Of a DNA stretch of 64,000 bases, positions 61,401-64,000 are shown piece after piece. A program made the position numbers and the translations under genes. The stretch covers positions 15,748,001 to 15,812,000 of the forward strand of contig CM059449.1 of NCBI GenBank assembly GCA_030390025.1, read 5' to 3'. Source of the DNA: Squalus acanthias. Taxonomy: Eukaryota. Under the pieces are notes generated by a model. The model ran no database searches and was not told the origin of the DNA. It worked only from the letters and a program-made list of their open reading frames with translations. Within the stretch, counting starts at the first letter, position 1. Each line of letters starts with the position of its first letter.

Positions 61401-61455
61401 GGGAGAGAGTGAGAGAGAGACTTGGAGAGAGAGAGAGAGAGAGAGAGAGACTAGG
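55340..61455. repeat. GA-rich compound mini/microsatellite ((GA)nCTGGG units), ~6.1 kb, with higher-order repeats
   Basis: Seen directly. All long ERER/SLSL ORFs here are repeat artefacts. Confidence 0.97.
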
Positions 61456-61812
61456 GACGGAGATTCCTTGCGCTTCTTACAATAGCGGTAAAAGAAAGCT
61501 TTAACATCCACTGACAGGGCCTCATTCAATCCTCTCTTCTAAAACCTGTGCCTGCAGGCAGTTATCGTTTAGGATTAAACTAAGGGCATTCAATTACTTG
61601 CGAACAAGTTAGTGGAGCTGGTGTCTGATATGAGCACATTCATTATAACAAGAGCACAAATAGGAAAGCATTGTCAAGAAGCATTTCCCCTAAGAGGGAA
61701 AGAATTCTGATCATTTTTCAACAAAGACAGAGCCAAAAACAGACTTAGAGAGAGAGAAAGAGAGAGAGAGGGAGAGAGAGAGAGAGACAGGAACAGATAG
61801 AGATAGGGACAG

Positions 61813-62148
61813 NNNNNNNNNNNNNNNNNNNNNNNNNNNNNNNNNNNNNNNNNNNNNNNNNNNNNNNNNNNNNNNNNNNNNNNNNNNNNNNNNNNNNNNN
61901 NNNNNNNNNNNNNNNNNNNNNNNNNNNNNNNNNNNNNNNNNNNNNNNNNNNNNNNNNNNNNNNNNNNNNNNNNNNNNNNNNNNNNNNNNNNNNNNNNNNN
62001 NNNNNNNNNNNNNNNNNNNNNNNNNNNNNNNNNNNNNNNNNNNNNNNNNNNNNNNNNNNNNNNNNNNNNNNNNNNNNNNNNNNNNNNNNNNNNNNNNNNN
62101 NNNNNNNNNNNNNNNNNNNNNNNNNNNNNNNNNNNNNNNNNNNNNNNN
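61813..62148. other. Assembly gap (N run)
   Basis: Run of N. Confidence 1.
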
Positions 62149-62597
62149 ACAGAGGGGTAGAGAGAGACAGCGAAAGAGGGAGAGAGAGAGGGGTGAGGAT
62201 CCAGATGTGAGTAGTCCGTTCCAGGGACTGAGCATCGGTCGCACTTTGGAACAACACAGGTGAAGGCGCAGCACATGTAAAATGGCCGCTGGAAGGAGGT
62301 TAAAGCAAACAACTTTTAGGCCCGCGGTAAAACAAAGATATGAGAAAAAATATATAAAAATTTGAAAATTGTTTAAAGCCAGGAAAAAAAGGGAAAGTGA
62401 TATTGAATGTCCCGCGGTAAGTTCCAATTAAATTTTGCCAGGTGCTGTCCCCTTTTTGAAAGAGTCTATCATGGTTATTTAAATCATGTTATGAGAGAGA
62501 AGAAAAAGTTTGTGCCCCTGTTTGTACCTCATACTCTGTGAGAGACGGAGGGAATGGCAGCAGAAAAAATAGGGACAGAGAGAGAGACAGGGACACA

Positions 62598-63291
62598 NNN
62601 NNNNNNNNNNNNNNNNNNNNNNNNNNNNNNNNNNNNNNNNNNNNNNNNNNNNNNNNNNNNNNNNNNNNNNNNNNNNNNNNNNNNNNNNNNNNNNNNNNNN
62701 NNNNNNNNNNNNNNNNNNNNNNNNNNNNNNNNNNNNNNNNNNNNNNNNNNNNNNNNNNNNNNNNNNNNNNNNNNNNNNNNNNNNNNNNNNNNNNNNNNNN
62801 NNNNNNNNNNNNNNNNNNNNNNNNNNNNNNNNNNNNNNNNNNNNNNNNNNNNNNNNNNNNNNNNNNNNNNNNNNNNNNNNNNNNNNNNNNNNNNNNNNNN
62901 NNNNNNNNNNNNNNNNNNNNNNNNNNNNNNNNNNNNNNNNNNNNNNNNNNNNNNNNNNNNNNNNNNNNNNNNNNNNNNNNNNNNNNNNNNNNNNNNNNNN
63001 NNNNNNNNNNNNNNNNNNNNNNNNNNNNNNNNNNNNNNNNNNNNNNNNNNNNNNNNNNNNNNNNNNNNNNNNNNNNNNNNNNNNNNNNNNNNNNNNNNNN
63101 NNNNNNNNNNNNNNNNNNNNNNNNNNNNNNNNNNNNNNNNNNNNNNNNNNNNNNNNNNNNNNNNNNNNNNNNNNNNNNNNNNNNNNNNNNNNNNNNNNNN
63201 NNNNNNNNNNNNNNNNNNNNNNNNNNNNNNNNNNNNNNNNNNNNNNNNNNNNNNNNNNNNNNNNNNNNNNNNNNNNNNNNNNNNNNNNNNN
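62598..63291. other. Assembly gap (N run)
   Basis: Run of N. Confidence 1.
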
Positions 63292-64000
63292 GGGAGAGAG
63301 AGGAAACAGCTTCTCCAAAAACTGATCCCAATTCATTGCCAAGGCAGGGGTTAGATAACCGCACCGCCTTCTTAGGAAGTTTAACCACTTTATTCACTTT
63401 CTTATTTGAGCTCCGTTTGGAATTAGAGTTTATTTTATTACTTTCTTGTTGTATGTTTAACGACAGCGTTGAAGAGGGAAAGAAAAACTTGGAGCAACTT
63501 CTTCTGTCAAAGCTGCAATGAGACTTGAAAGAATTTGAAGATTTTTAATGAACTTTTCTCAAAAAATGAGTGTTAAAAACAGTTCCCCCCCCCTAAGTTT
63601 TGAATATGATTTTGGAAGAAACAGAAACAAACATCAATTTCCCCCTCATCTAAATAAGTTTGAAGCAGGTCTTGAAGTCCAAATGCTTTTAAAGAGGCTC
63701 TGAAATGCTTAAAACATTTTAAAATTTAACTTTCTCAATATTCGACTTTCAGCGATCAACTGAAGTGAGTAGCTTTATACAAACATGCAACCATGCTGTT
63801 GAGGAAGGGGAAAGCGGGAGGATTTGTATGAGTTACATGTTACTTTTTATTCACTTTTAAATAAATATCATTAAGACGTTTAGGAAGGGAACCAAAAAAG
63901 GGGAAAAACGCAAATTTTGTCTGTCGTTCTATAGTCCTAACAAGCCCCAGGAATAATGTAAATATAGATTTCTTCTTAAACGTTTAGTGGAATGTTAATA

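Noticed and set aside
55063-61529. Many long ORFs (up to 783 aa) rich in ER/SL repeats
   Set aside because: They are translations of the GA-rich satellite, which lacks stop codons by composition. No domain content.
61674-63521. ORFs containing X runs
   Set aside because: They span N gaps and are artefacts.

Overview
Vertebrate genomic DNA, most likely from a shark or other elasmobranch (inferred from a HE1/V-SINE, Deu-domain SINEs, abundant CR1 LINEs and the gene families present). There are three main components. (1) On the minus strand, 15066->5932, a 6-exon gene with consistent splice phases for a ~314-aa NCR3/NKp30-family receptor with two tandem VJ-type Ig domains, an uncharged transmembrane segment and a YSEI cytoplasmic motif. 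It lies within a large inverted segmental duplication, and its first V exon is flanked by a direct repeat. (2) At 31832-40648, a decayed endogenous retrovirus-like element: LTR, tRNA-Lys PBS, coiled-coil/CCHC gag, in-frame UGA, PR-RT-dead RNase H tether-second RNase H-IN, then a spliced env with a putative Ig-like domain, an RQKR furin site and a long F-protein-like ectodomain. The 3' end and 3' LTR are lost. This architecture best fits lokiretroviruses. (3) At 41795-48913, a TRIM (B-box/coiled-coil/PRY-SPRY) pseudogene with a near full-length CR1 in its last intron. The rest is CR1/L2/RTE LINEs, SINEs, Harbinger-like MITEs, a CpG island, a 6-kb GA-rich satellite and two assembly gaps. Family assignments come from motif recognition by eye, not database searches, and repeat boundaries are approximate.
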